64,000 nucleotides of DNA from an uncultured delta proteobacterium (GTDB lineage Bacteria; Desulfobacterota; BSN033; UBA1163). The stretch is taken from contig CAWHBU010000001.1 of assembly GCA_963827685.1 (NCBI GenBank), positions 256,001 through 320,000 on the forward strand. The letters are read 5' to 3'. Positions 38,386 through 47,147 of this stretch are shown here, piece by piece (the first letter of the stretch is position 1; each line of letters opens with the position of its first letter). A model generated the notes under the pieces. It did no database searches, was not told the DNA's origin, and saw only the letters and a list, made by a program, of their open reading frames with translations. The translations under genes were made by a program, and so were the position numbers.

Positions 38386-39570
38386 CTATCCTCTCCCTGC
38401 AGGAGAGAGAAGTTTTTGAGGTTTTTTTCTAACGGCAAAATAGAAATAGACGAAATTGATGATACCCGTGAGAGATAGACATAAAAACATGATAGTATAG
38501 TTGGTTAACTGAAGGATAATGCCCATGATCACTGCCCCCATGCCCGCCCCTAAGTCAGTAAGCGCCGTAAAGGTACCCATCGCCGGTCCTCGAGTGGAAC
38601 CCGCACGGTCAATCGTATAGGCCAACAAGGAAGGATAAAGAAAGGCACTCCCAATTCCCCATATGATTGCAACAAGAATAAACATCGGTAAGGTACTGGA
38701 GAAGGCGAGGATTGGCATCGAAACGATAAGATTGAAGAGACAGGGCAAGATCACCTTTTCTCTGGAATAGGTATCCAATATCTTTCCACCCAAACCACGG
38801 ACCAAAATGAGCGTGATGGCAAAAGCAGCGAAGAAAAGGCCCGGGTTATCAACTCCTTTCTTCAGGGCATACAGAGGGAAGAAAGCAGTCATGGCCCCCC
38901 AGGTAATAGTGATTAAGGAAGCAATGATGGCAGGTGGAAGTGCTTCCAGACTTAAGAAAGGTTGTTTCTGGGAAAATAGATTTGCTGTTGGAAGACCTTG
39001 AATCTTTTCCAATTTGAGGGTGATGAATAGGCAGCATAAAGACAGACCGGTGCAGACCATGAAGAGGAACTTAAAGTTAAAGGGGAAGTCAAACCGGTTG
39101 ATGAGGAGCATTCCAAAGTAGGGGGCCAAAGCAAAAGCAAAATTGATAGATAAATAGAAGTAACTGATGATTTGCCCACGATTGGTTTCAGGGGTAATAT
39201 TGGCGAGCAGGGTGAAAGAGGCCGTTGAGAAGAAGGCCAATCCGACACCCTGAAAGATCCTTACGGCCAATAGGGGCCAGAAAGGGGGTGCAAAGAGATA
39301 GGCAACGGATGACGAGGCATAGAAGAGGGTTCCAGCAATCATGAAGCTTCTTTCAGGAATTTTGAGAAGGGCTTTTCCCACGATAGGCCTGAAGACTAAA
39401 GAGGAGACACTAAAGGCTCCGACAATAACACCAATCTCTGCTTCCTTGGCTCCCATTCTTGAAAGGTAGATCGGAAGGGTCGGAATGAGAATGTAGAAAA
39501 CGGATGAGAAAGTGAATTGGGCAAAGAAACAGAGAACAAAATCGCGGGTCAATATCTTCTGCGTCGGCAT
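38386..39570 (-). CDS. MFS transporter
   Basis: 12 hydrophobic segments, RIFQGVG, RGPAMGTF. Confidence 0.9.
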   Translation of the reverse strand: MPTQKILTRDFVLCFFAQFTFSSVFYILIPTLPIYLSRMGAKEAEIGVIVGAFSVSSLVFRPIVGKALLKIPERSFMIAGTLFYASSSVAYLFAPPFWPLLAVRIFQGVGLAFFSTASFTLLANITPETNRGQIISYFYLSINFAFALAPYFGMLLINRFDFPFNFKFLFMVCTGLSLCCLFITLKLEKIQGLPTANLFSQKQPFLSLEALPPAIIASLITITWGAMTAFFPLYALKKGVDNPGLFFAAFAITLILVRGLGGKILDTYSREKVILPCLFNLIVSMPILAFSSTLPMFILVAIIWGIGSAFLYPSLLAYTIDRAGSTRGPAMGTFTALTDLGAGMGAVIMGIILQLTNYTIMFLCLSLTGIINFVYFYFAVRKKPQKLLSPAGRG

Positions 39571-39640
39571 CTCTCGTCTTGAGCTATTTTAAATTTTTCC
39601 TCTCCCTTTTGTAAAGGGATTTAAAGTTTCTTCCTGATGA

Positions 39641-39709
39641 GTGAAGCTCCCCGCCCATCCCGTCAGGACGGGACAGGCACGGCGGGGCTTGCGGGGCACG
39701 TTCCGGTCA
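39641..39709. repeat. GTGAAGCT...CCGGTCA small element (related to 19498..19632)
   Basis: Shared termini; contains nested TCCCGTC-AG-GACGGGA hairpin. Confidence 0.7.
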
Positions 39710-39791
39710 AATTCGGATTGACATCGACTTAATTTCTATTAATAATCCATTCAAGGCAGAAAAAAATAATAGATCGGAAGGAGGCTCATTC

Positions 39792-40079
39792 ATGGCAAAT
39801 CCAGAGAAGGTAATCTTAAAAATTGTTTCCGTCAAAGGGACCTGCGCAGCAGGCCATCATGTGGGCCAGGAATTTGATCTGAGCAAAGACTTTCTTTTGG
39901 GACTATCCGGAGATCCCCAGGCCATTTGTCCCTCAGCATTTCATGCCATCTTTCCCTCGTGGCGGGTGCTTCGGCATGGCGGAGAATTCCCCTGGGAAAA
40001 GGATCGAGACGAGACCACCATTGCCTGCCCCGATCCGTTCAATCCCGTGGTGATGGAACTCCGAAGGGTAAAAGAGTAG
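39792..40079 (+). CDS. TIGR04076-family protein
   Basis: VKGTCAAGHHVG, CPSAFHAIFP, ACPDP.NPVVMEL. Confidence 0.85.
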   Translation: MANPEKVILKIVSVKGTCAAGHHVGQEFDLSKDFLLGLSGDPQAICPSAFHAIFPSWRVLRHGGEFPWEKDRDETTIACPDPFNPVVMELRRVKE

Positions 40080-40456
40080 GTCACTGAAAATTCACATTGA
40101 ACCATTTGTCCAAAATCATCAAACTGCTTCGAAATGATAAGAAGGGACTATGCCTATGGAATACACACCTCTTTTACCCCAATTGACCCAAAACGATTCG
40201 GCAAATCCTTTCTGACTCCCCTTTACTAAAGGGGAGAACTTGTTGTCATCCCCCTTTATGAAAGGGGGATTGAGGGGGATTTTCACAGAGCGTTCAGCAT
40301 GCTCTCTAATGGTTGCATCCTTAGGGAAACATTTCAATGACGGAATTGTTTCTTTCGCTCAATTGGGGTTTTATTGTGTTTATTTGATTAACCCCAGAAA
40401 CTCAATGAACAAAAAAGTCTTGAACTTCTTTTGGGTATCTTTTATAAAGTGTTCAC

Positions 40457-40586
40457 CCGTTCGGCCGCGCGAAGCCCCGCCTTTGAAGGCGGGCTAACGA
40501 AGCGCAGCTCAGGGTGAACCTTGAACCCCTCGGCCTGAGCTCGGGTCGAAGGCGAGTCCCGGCCTTCAAGTCGGGGAGTCGAAAGG
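40457..40586. mobile_element. MITE-like element flanked by TTCAC direct repeats
   Basis: TTCAC-CCGTTCGGC...GTCGAAAGG-TTCAC; related to 1934..2037. Confidence 0.6.
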
Positions 40587-40613
40587 TTCACCTTCCAAAA
40601 GAAAGGATAACCC

Positions 40614-42251
40614 ATGCAACGAGAAGTGATCAAAGCGAATATCGTCGTCTTTATTGCCAGTTTCTGCACGCTGGTCATTGAATTGGTGGCAGGAAGAATC
40701 ATGGCCCCCTATGTCGGAGTTTCCCTCTATACCTGGACAAGTATCATTGGAGTGGTGCTTGCCGGCATTAGCATCGGAGCCTATCTGGGTGGCCGGATTG
40801 CCGATCGATATCCCCGCTCCTCCACCCTCGGCTGGCTCCTCTTTTTTTCAGGCTTAGGGGCATTTTCCATCTCACCGTTGACCAATTTAATTGGCGGGGC
40901 CGAATTTCACACGACTCTGATGTCACGGATCCTGCTGATCACCACCATCGTCTTTTTTGTCCCCTCCTGTCTTCTCGGAATGATCTCGCCTGTCGTCGTC
41001 AAATTAACCCTCAACAACCTTGAGAAGACAGGCAATGTTGTTGGAAAGATCTATGCCTTTTCTACCCTCGGTTCCATTCTCGGGACATTTGCGACGGGAT
41101 TCTTTCTCATCTCCTGGATGGGGACTCGCTACATCCTTTTGACAATGGGGATCATCCTTATCATTTCTGCTTTAATCTTTGGGGGTTTTTTCAGAGGTAA
41201 GAAAGCCGTTACTCTCTTTCTCTTCTTCCTCTTTCTTTCGGCTCTCCTACCCGTCATAGGATTTTACGTTTACGCCACGACCAACTCAGAGGAAATTTCC
41301 TTTCCCACTTCTCCCATTGAATCCATCAAACAATCCTATACCTTTGCCTTCAAGCCTCCCTTAGATGAGGAGACCTATTTCTTTAACGAGAGCGACTACT
41401 ATACGATCAAACTAAAGAAGAGTATTAAAGGGAACAACGGAAATTCCTTAGAGTCTCTTGTCCTCGATCATCTGGTTCATTCTTATACTGACTTGAAGGA
41501 CCCCTTCTATCTTGAGTATGAATACATCCGAATATATGAAGAGATGGTGAGATGGCAGGCCAAGAAACGGGAATCTTTCAAAACCCTCTTTCTGGGGGGA
41601 GGAGGATATACCTTTCCTCGTTTTATGGAGGCAAAGTATCCTAAGGCAGAGATCCATGTGGTGGAAATCGATCCGGAGATCACCCGAATGGTAAAAAAAT
41701 ATCTGGGCGTCTCTGAGAATACCAAAATCCGTACCTTCAATGAGGATGGCCGCTGGTTTGTGATGAATTGTAAGGAGAGGGGGACCTATGATTTTATCTT
41801 TGGAGATGCCTTCAATGATCTTTCGATTCCTTATCACCTGACCACCAAAGAATTTGCCATGCTACTAAAAAGTCTTCTCAAACCAGATGGGGTGCTGATG
41901 GCCAATGTGATCGATAGTTTTAAACAAGGAGCCTTTATGCCCTCCTATATCCGGACCTTAGAAGAGGTGTTTGGAAAGGGGAATGTCCACCTCATGACTC
42001 TTACTTCGGATTATGATCATATCGGGATCAGTACCTTTGTGGTGGTGGCGAGTCCACGGAAGTTAGACATGGATGATTTCGTCAGGAAAGTGAAAGGAAA
42101 GGGAGGAGAGATGACCTCCCATGTCATGTCTCAAGACCAATTGCAGGAATTCTTAAAAAATCGTCACTCTGTGATTCTTACGGATGATTATGTACCCGTG
42201 GATAATTTGATCGCCCCCATCTTCGAAGAACGATTCGGATATCGGCAATGA
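40614..42251 (+). CDS. Fused MFS-like membrane domain/spermidine synthase-like methyltransferase
   Basis: IELVAGRIMAPYVGVSLYTWTSIIG; LFLGGGGYTFP, VVEIDP, DGR, DAF, LTDDYVPVD. Confidence 0.92.
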   Translation: MQREVIKANIVVFIASFCTLVIELVAGRIMAPYVGVSLYTWTSIIGVVLAGISIGAYLGGRIADRYPRSSTLGWLLFFSGLGAFSISPLTNLIGGAEFHTTLMSRILLITTIVFFVPSCLLGMISPVVVKLTLNNLEKTGNVVGKIYAFSTLGSILGTFATGFFLISWMGTRYILLTMGIILIISALIFGGFFRGKKAVTLFLFFLFLSALLPVIGFYVYATTNSEEISFPTSPIESIKQSYTFAFKPPLDEETYFFNESDYYTIKLKKSIKGNNGNSLESLVLDHLVHSYTDLKDPFYLEYEYIRIYEEMVRWQAKKRESFKTLFLGGGGYTFPRFMEAKYPKAEIHVVEIDPEITRMVKKYLGVSENTKIRTFNEDGRWFVMNCKERGTYDFIFGDAFNDLSIPYHLTTKEFAMLLKSLLKPDGVLMANVIDSFKQGAFMPSYIRTLEEVFGKGNVHLMTLTSDYDHIGISTFVVVASPRKLDMDDFVRKVKGKGGEMTSHVMSQDQLQEFLKNRHSVILTDDYVPVDNLIAPIFEERFGYRQ

Positions 42252-42408
42252 GGGATCGATCCGATCCGATGACAAGACATGTAGTTCTTTCAAGAAATTT
42301 CTGAAAAAGTCCAGAAATCCCTGATGTCCACTTTAGCACTGCCCAGATTGACAGAGATGAGGCCCCCGGATAAAATGAAAATGAACCTCTTGTGAGAAGG
42401 ATGAGTGA

Positions 42409-43617
42409 ATGGAAGATAAAAGAGACTTTGTGATGGTGACCGTGTCCGGTCCAGACCAGCCAGGAATCACCGCCACGTTCGGCAGGATTCTCGTGGAGAA
42501 TCAGGTGGAGATCGTGGATATCGAACAGGCCTCTCTTCAGGATTTTCTTGGGCTCTCCTTCCTCTTGGACATGAGCGGAGCAAAGCAGTCCAAGGATGGC
42601 GTTCTGAAGGACCTTCTCTTTGAAGCCAGTCGGCTTCATCTGACGCTTAATTTCCGGCTTTTCTCCGAGAAAGAATTGAAGGCCAGAAATAACAAGAACC
42701 TTTTTATTCTGACTTATTTTGGGGATACCCGGGCTCTGGCAGAGATTTCAAATATCCTGGCGGAGGAAAATGCCAATATCGAAATGATCAGTAATCTGAC
42801 TCGTCACTGTGCAAGTTGTGTGGAGCTGACCATCGATGTGAACGGGGTGAAGAACCTCGGCCATCTGAAGGAAAGAGTGATCGCCAAAAGCCATGAACTC
42901 AATATCGATCTCGCCCTCCAGAAGATGGAGGCCTATCGCAAAAACAAACGTCTCGTCTTTTTCGACATGGACAGCACCCTGGTGGATATGGAGATCATTG
43001 ACGAGATGGCCCAAAGGGCAGGGGTCTTCAGAGAGGTTTCAAGAATTACAGAGAAGGCAAGGAGAGGAGATATCGATTTTGAAGAAGCCCTGATCCAGCG
43101 TGTGGCACTTCTTAAAGGATTGAAGATTGAGGAATTAGAGAAGATACGCAGCGAGATGAGGCTCTCCGAAGGAGCTGAAGATTTGGTGGAGACGCTCAAG
43201 GGATTGGGCTATAAACTGGGTTTGGTGAGCGGAGGATTCGATTACTTTGCTAATTTTCTGAAGGATAGATTAAGTTTAGATTTTTCCTTTGCCAATCAAC
43301 TGGAGATCAAGAACGGAGCCCTGACCGGTAAAGTGTTAGGAAAGATTGTGGACAATACTTACAAGGCAAAGATCGTCAACATGGTTTCCGGCGAGGAGGG
43401 GGTGCTTCTAGATCAGACCGTCGCCATTGGCGATGGGGCCAATGATGTGTTGATGTTAGGTCAAGCCGGTTTGGGCATTGCTTACAATGCGAAGGAAAAA
43501 GTCGAGCGAGCAGCCAACATGAGCCTGCGCCGAACTCGCCTTAAGAATATCCTCTATATCTTAGGCATTTCAGAAGAAGAAATGGGTTCCTCAAGTCTTT
43601 GTAATGGCCCTCTTTAA
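42409..43617 (+). CDS. serB: Phosphoserine phosphatase with ACT domains
   Basis: VSGPDQPGI ACT; FDMDSTL, VSGGF, AIGDGAND. Confidence 0.95.
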   Translation: MEDKRDFVMVTVSGPDQPGITATFGRILVENQVEIVDIEQASLQDFLGLSFLLDMSGAKQSKDGVLKDLLFEASRLHLTLNFRLFSEKELKARNNKNLFILTYFGDTRALAEISNILAEENANIEMISNLTRHCASCVELTIDVNGVKNLGHLKERVIAKSHELNIDLALQKMEAYRKNKRLVFFDMDSTLVDMEIIDEMAQRAGVFREVSRITEKARRGDIDFEEALIQRVALLKGLKIEELEKIRSEMRLSEGAEDLVETLKGLGYKLGLVSGGFDYFANFLKDRLSLDFSFANQLEIKNGALTGKVLGKIVDNTYKAKIVNMVSGEEGVLLDQTVAIGDGANDVLMLGQAGLGIAYNAKEKVERAANMSLRRTRLKNILYILGISEEEMGSSSLCNGPL

Positions 43618-43662
43618 TCCTCGGTAAAGCCGATTCCTTTCCATCTCAACGGGCAAAGATCC

Positions 43663-44569
43663 TTATTTCAAAAGGCGCCCAACGATCCTTGCTGGAACAA
43701 TCATCGCAAAAAAGGGGAGCATATACAAAGCGGCAAGAGCGGGCGCGAGAGGGCCGAAGAACTGCGACGAGAAAACGACAATCAATACATTATTCATGTT
43801 GGCAAAAGATATAGCCCCCGCCAACCGGTCTTCCTTTTTCATCCCCCAGGTCACTAAAATTCCAACCATATGATAGATGACCGATAAAACGAAAGCCACA
43901 AGAATGATCTCTACCACTTTGACAGGTGTCTCTATGAAAAAGGATGAGTATTTTGCAAAGACACCAAGGTTAATGCAAGCAAACATAGATAAAGATACGG
44001 GAAATTGCCCCTTCTTCAGTTTTTCCAAAGAGGAAGGATAAAGATAGCGCAGTAGAATGACTGCCAAAGCAGGTAGAAATATCACCATGGCTAAGATCTT
44101 CACCATAATCAAAAAAGAGATTTCGATTGTTTGCCCAATTAAGAGGGAGACCAGAGCCGGAAGGGAAAAGGGAGCCAAAAGAGAAGAAACGACCACCATC
44201 ATCAATACAAGCAATGTGGAAGCTTCTAAAAGGCCCGAAATGAAAGGGGCCGACCACACCTGTAGAAATTCCGGAGAGAAGTAAAACAGGCACAGCATAT
44301 TCCGGCCAAAGGGTTTGAGTCAACAAGAAAAGACTGATTGGAATGATACACAGTTTAAAAAAGCATAAGATAAAAAGGACGAAAGCTTTCTTTCTTACCT
44401 CATTAAAGGCTTGAAGAAAATCGATCTTCAAAAAACTGAAGAACAATAGAAACATCATGAAGTAGAGAGGATAGGGAGCAAAGATCCTTCCAAACGCTGG
44501 AAGTCCGATACCGACCCCCATCGAAGAAAAGATGACGAAAAGGAGGATGAAATCATTTTTCTGAAACAA
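43663..44569 (-). pseudogene. Bile acid:sodium symporter family protein split by a +1 frameshift near 44250
   Basis: Two overlapping hydrophobic ORFs; removing one G from GTCGGCCCCT restores ...STGVVAPFISG... Confidence 0.75.
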
Positions 44570-44611
44570 TATAGGGTTCCTTCGTTAATATAATTATTGG
44601 CTGGATCTCTG

Positions 44612-45271
44612 TCACTTTCGGTGTGGCGGCAAAAACAGTTCAGTTTTGGGGGAGTGGATAACAACCGCTATGTGAACGATCGCATGAGTTATTGGTGAGC
44701 CTATTGGATTGGCTGATACCAAAGTCGGAATGGAAATAATGGTATTTCCTATATTCGCCTGGATTACTTTCTTTGACCAAAAATCCGAGTAGCCCAAATG
44801 ATAAGCCGTAGTGAATACAAGAATGAAAAGCCAGGCCAGAAGACCAAATGGTATTCTCTTTCCCAATGGTTTCTTTTCCACATCAAAGGCTCGCCAAGTA
44901 ACAATCCATGGGAATACTGACAAGAGTAAGCCGTCAATCGCTCCATAAACCAATCCTCTCCAGAATATTAACCAGGCTAAGTAAAGCCCTGTGAACTTTT
45001 CAGTTTGCGGCCTTGACAAAACATTCTGAACCATCAAGGCTCCGAAGATTAATCCGAGCAAGATTCCCCAAAACAATCTTCTGGAAAACCATTCTTTCAG
45101 ATTCAGCTGAGTTTTCTTTATGTAGATGGTGAAGAAAGTTATGATTATCGCAAAGTAGATGAGATAAAAAAGGTCCAGGGGCAAGGTCATTAGATCGCCA
45201 AAAATAAAAGAAGTGCCGAAACCTACCAGCGCCCCTAATACTATCCATTTGAGATGCCCAGGATTATTCAT
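44612..45271 (-). CDS. Hypothetical membrane protein
   Basis: 219-aa ORF with ~6 TM segments, AYHLGY and H...H motifs; GGAG RBS. Confidence 0.75.
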   Translation of the reverse strand: MNNPGHLKWIVLGALVGFGTSFIFGDLMTLPLDLFYLIYFAIIITFFTIYIKKTQLNLKEWFSRRLFWGILLGLIFGALMVQNVLSRPQTEKFTGLYLAWLIFWRGLVYGAIDGLLLSVFPWIVTWRAFDVEKKPLGKRIPFGLLAWLFILVFTTAYHLGYSDFWSKKVIQANIGNTIISIPTLVSANPIGSPITHAIVHIAVVIHSPKTELFLPPHRK

Positions 45272-45413
45272 GGTGGTTTCTCCGTTTCATTTAGTTTTGT
45301 CGCGGCCTAATCCCTGTGCAGAGAGTAGACTCGGTTACCCAATCTTCCCAATAGCATATATTTCCGATCAGATCAATTCAGCACTCCGATTCCTAGGATG
45401 GACTAATAATCCC

Positions 45414-45465
45414 TTGACAGCAGATTCATATTTGCTATAATTTATTTAGTAACACTAAGTAACAA
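45414..45465 (+). promoter_or_regulatory. Consensus sigma70 promoter with AGTAACA direct repeats (probable RHH operator)
   Basis: TTGACA-16 bp-TATAAT followed by AGTAACACTAAGTAACA. Confidence 0.7.
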
Positions 45466-45477
45466 CAAAGGAGCACT

Positions 45478-45714
45478 ATGGCCAGAACAACAAGAACCAT
45501 AACCCTGTCTTTGCCTCCTGAAATGGTGGATAAGATTGAGGAGCTAATGAAAGAAGAGGGCAGGACAAGAAGCGAGCTCTTGAGAGAAGCCCTCCGGAGA
45601 TATGCTGAGGAACAGGAATGGAAAAAGATCTACCGTTATGGAGAGATGAAGGCCAGGGAAAAGGGAATCACCGAAGATCAAGTAGAAGATATTATTGATG
45701 CCCACCGAAAGTAA
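45478..45714 (+). CDS. CopG/RHH antitoxin
   Basis: TITLSLPPEM...EEGRTRSELLREALRRY. Confidence 0.9.
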   Translation: MARTTRTITLSLPPEMVDKIEELMKEEGRTRSELLREALRRYAEEQEWKKIYRYGEMKAREKGITEDQVEDIIDAHRK

Positions 45715-46126
45715 ATCAAAACCAAAGGTGGTAATCGACACCAACGTCTTCGTCTCTGGGTTAACTTTCAAAGGCAAGCCACGAGAGGTCTTAGATTTGG
45801 TTTGGAGAGGGGACATAGAAGCCTATATTTCCACTTTTATTTTAAAAGAATTGGAAGAAACTCTTAAGAAGGATTTCGGTTGGGACAAAGATCAAATTAA
45901 GCACACAACGCAAAAAATCAAGGCAAAGGTAATCCTGGTCTACCCGAAGGACAAGGTCTCTGTTATTAAAGAGAAGGATGATGATAACCGCATTTTAGAA
46001 TGTGCCATCGAAGGAAAGGTTCAATACCTCATTTCTGGTGACCGAAAGCATCTTCTACCTTTGAAAGAATATAAAGGGATAAAGATACTATCGCCTGCCG
46101 AGTTTCTAAAACTCTTGTTCTTATAG
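45695..46126 (+). CDS. PIN-domain toxin (TIGR00305-like)
   Basis: VVIDTNVFVSG, DDNRILECA, ISGDRKHLL, ILSPAEFL. Confidence 0.92.
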   Translation: MMPTESKSKPKVVIDTNVFVSGLTFKGKPREVLDLVWRGDIEAYISTFILKELEETLKKDFGWDKDQIKHTTQKIKAKVILVYPKDKVSVIKEKDDDNRILECAIEGKVQYLISGDRKHLLPLKEYKGIKILSPAEFLKLLFL

Positions 46127-46215
46127 CTGCAACGTTTACTGCTCATGCAGGAGGACCACGTAGAGAGGAAGAATATGGCCACCCAAGCAAAATCTAAGAC
46201 AGGAAAAAAGACTAA

Positions 46216-46605
46216 AGCCATCTCTTGAAAATCTGTCAGGATGGAAAGAGGAAGCTTCGCGCTCCAGGCATATCGCCTCAGTTGATAGGCAGGACTTGTC
46301 TGGCTTTTGATATCAATGGAAGGTTTTTTGGTTTCAAGGAAAAACTTTCTAACACCCCCGATGCGAAAGCAGTAATCCGGCGCTTTAGTCGCCCCAGAAA
46401 TCTTAATCGCATCCTCATGGATGATGTCCTTATACTGTTCTGCGTATCCTGCCTTATTGGTCACATCCCAACCCAGGGCTTCAAAAAATGGATCGACGAA
46501 TTCTATTCGCAGTTGGGTCTCGTTATAGGCAGGACTATGGTAGGCGTCGATGTTACGTTGAAAGCGTTCAACGAGATCAGATATTTGTTTAAAGGCTTCT
46601 CTCAT
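46216..46605 (-). pseudogene. N-terminal endonuclease fragment of a type IIG/HsdR_N-type restriction-modification protein
   Basis: NETQLRIEFVDPFFEALGWD, APDY, FFLETKKP, YQLRRYAWS, ILTDF; similarity stops abruptly and no methyltransferase follows. Confidence 0.85.
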
Positions 46606-46657
46606 GGGTGGATTTGAGCCTATTATAGTTTTTTGAGGGAAGGGTGTAAAGGAATAA

Positions 46658-46837
46658 TTAGATTTTGCCTTGGCGGAAGGCTTCTTGGATTTCAATTGTC
46701 TTTTTGGGAAGGAGTCTTCTCATTTTATTTGCGTAGAAAAGCCACTTTAAGCGGCGGTCCAGAGGCCATTTCCTATATTCATCAATCTGCTCTCTGCTTA
46801 CAGTATACGTAAAACCTTTCTTTTGCACTTCCTTCAT
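46658..46837 (-). CDS. Small hypothetical protein (59 aa), coupled to an upstream nucleotidyltransferase-like 3' remnant
   Basis: MKEVQKKGFTYTVSREQIDEYRKWPLDRRLKWL...FRQGKI*; ATGA overlap with ...QQDLADVEHLKMVLER*. Confidence 0.6.
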   Translation of the reverse strand: MKEVQKKGFTYTVSREQIDEYRKWPLDRRLKWLFYANKMRRLLPKKTIEIQEAFRQGKI

Positions 46838-46896
46838 CTCTCCAGCACCATCTTGAGATGTTCTACATCTGCAAGGTCCTGTTGCATAACTTGGTT

Positions 46897-46942
46897 CCCC
46901 CTCCCCTTTATCCCCTCCCGTCAGGGGAGGGGATAAAGAGGG
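46897..46942. repeat. C/G-run REP-like hairpin family (also ~40215, 40250, 49657, 51627, 57881, 57944, 59162, 59217)
   Basis: CCCCT...CCCCTCCC-loop-GGGAGGGG and CCCCTTT-loop-AAAGGGG hairpins recurring in intergenic spaces. Confidence 0.7.
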
Positions 46943-47147
46943 GAATCCAGATGAAAATATTCGTAAGGGTTGGGATCAATGTACCAAAACTCATGAACCT
47001 TATCAAGGGGTTCTTACGTGAGCATTTTTCGCCGCCAGTAAATGACGGCGCACAATTCTGAGATTGTTTCTCCTACTTAAAGCGGGATCGCAATGACCAA
47101 GGGTGGAGATTTGACAAACTTGACCAAAAGGCGATAATTTGGGGACG

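Noticed and set aside
44590-45312. Membrane-protein gene as another integron cassette
   Set aside because: Flanks (ATTAGGC / GCCAAT on the minus strand) are too degenerate and no attC stem follows.
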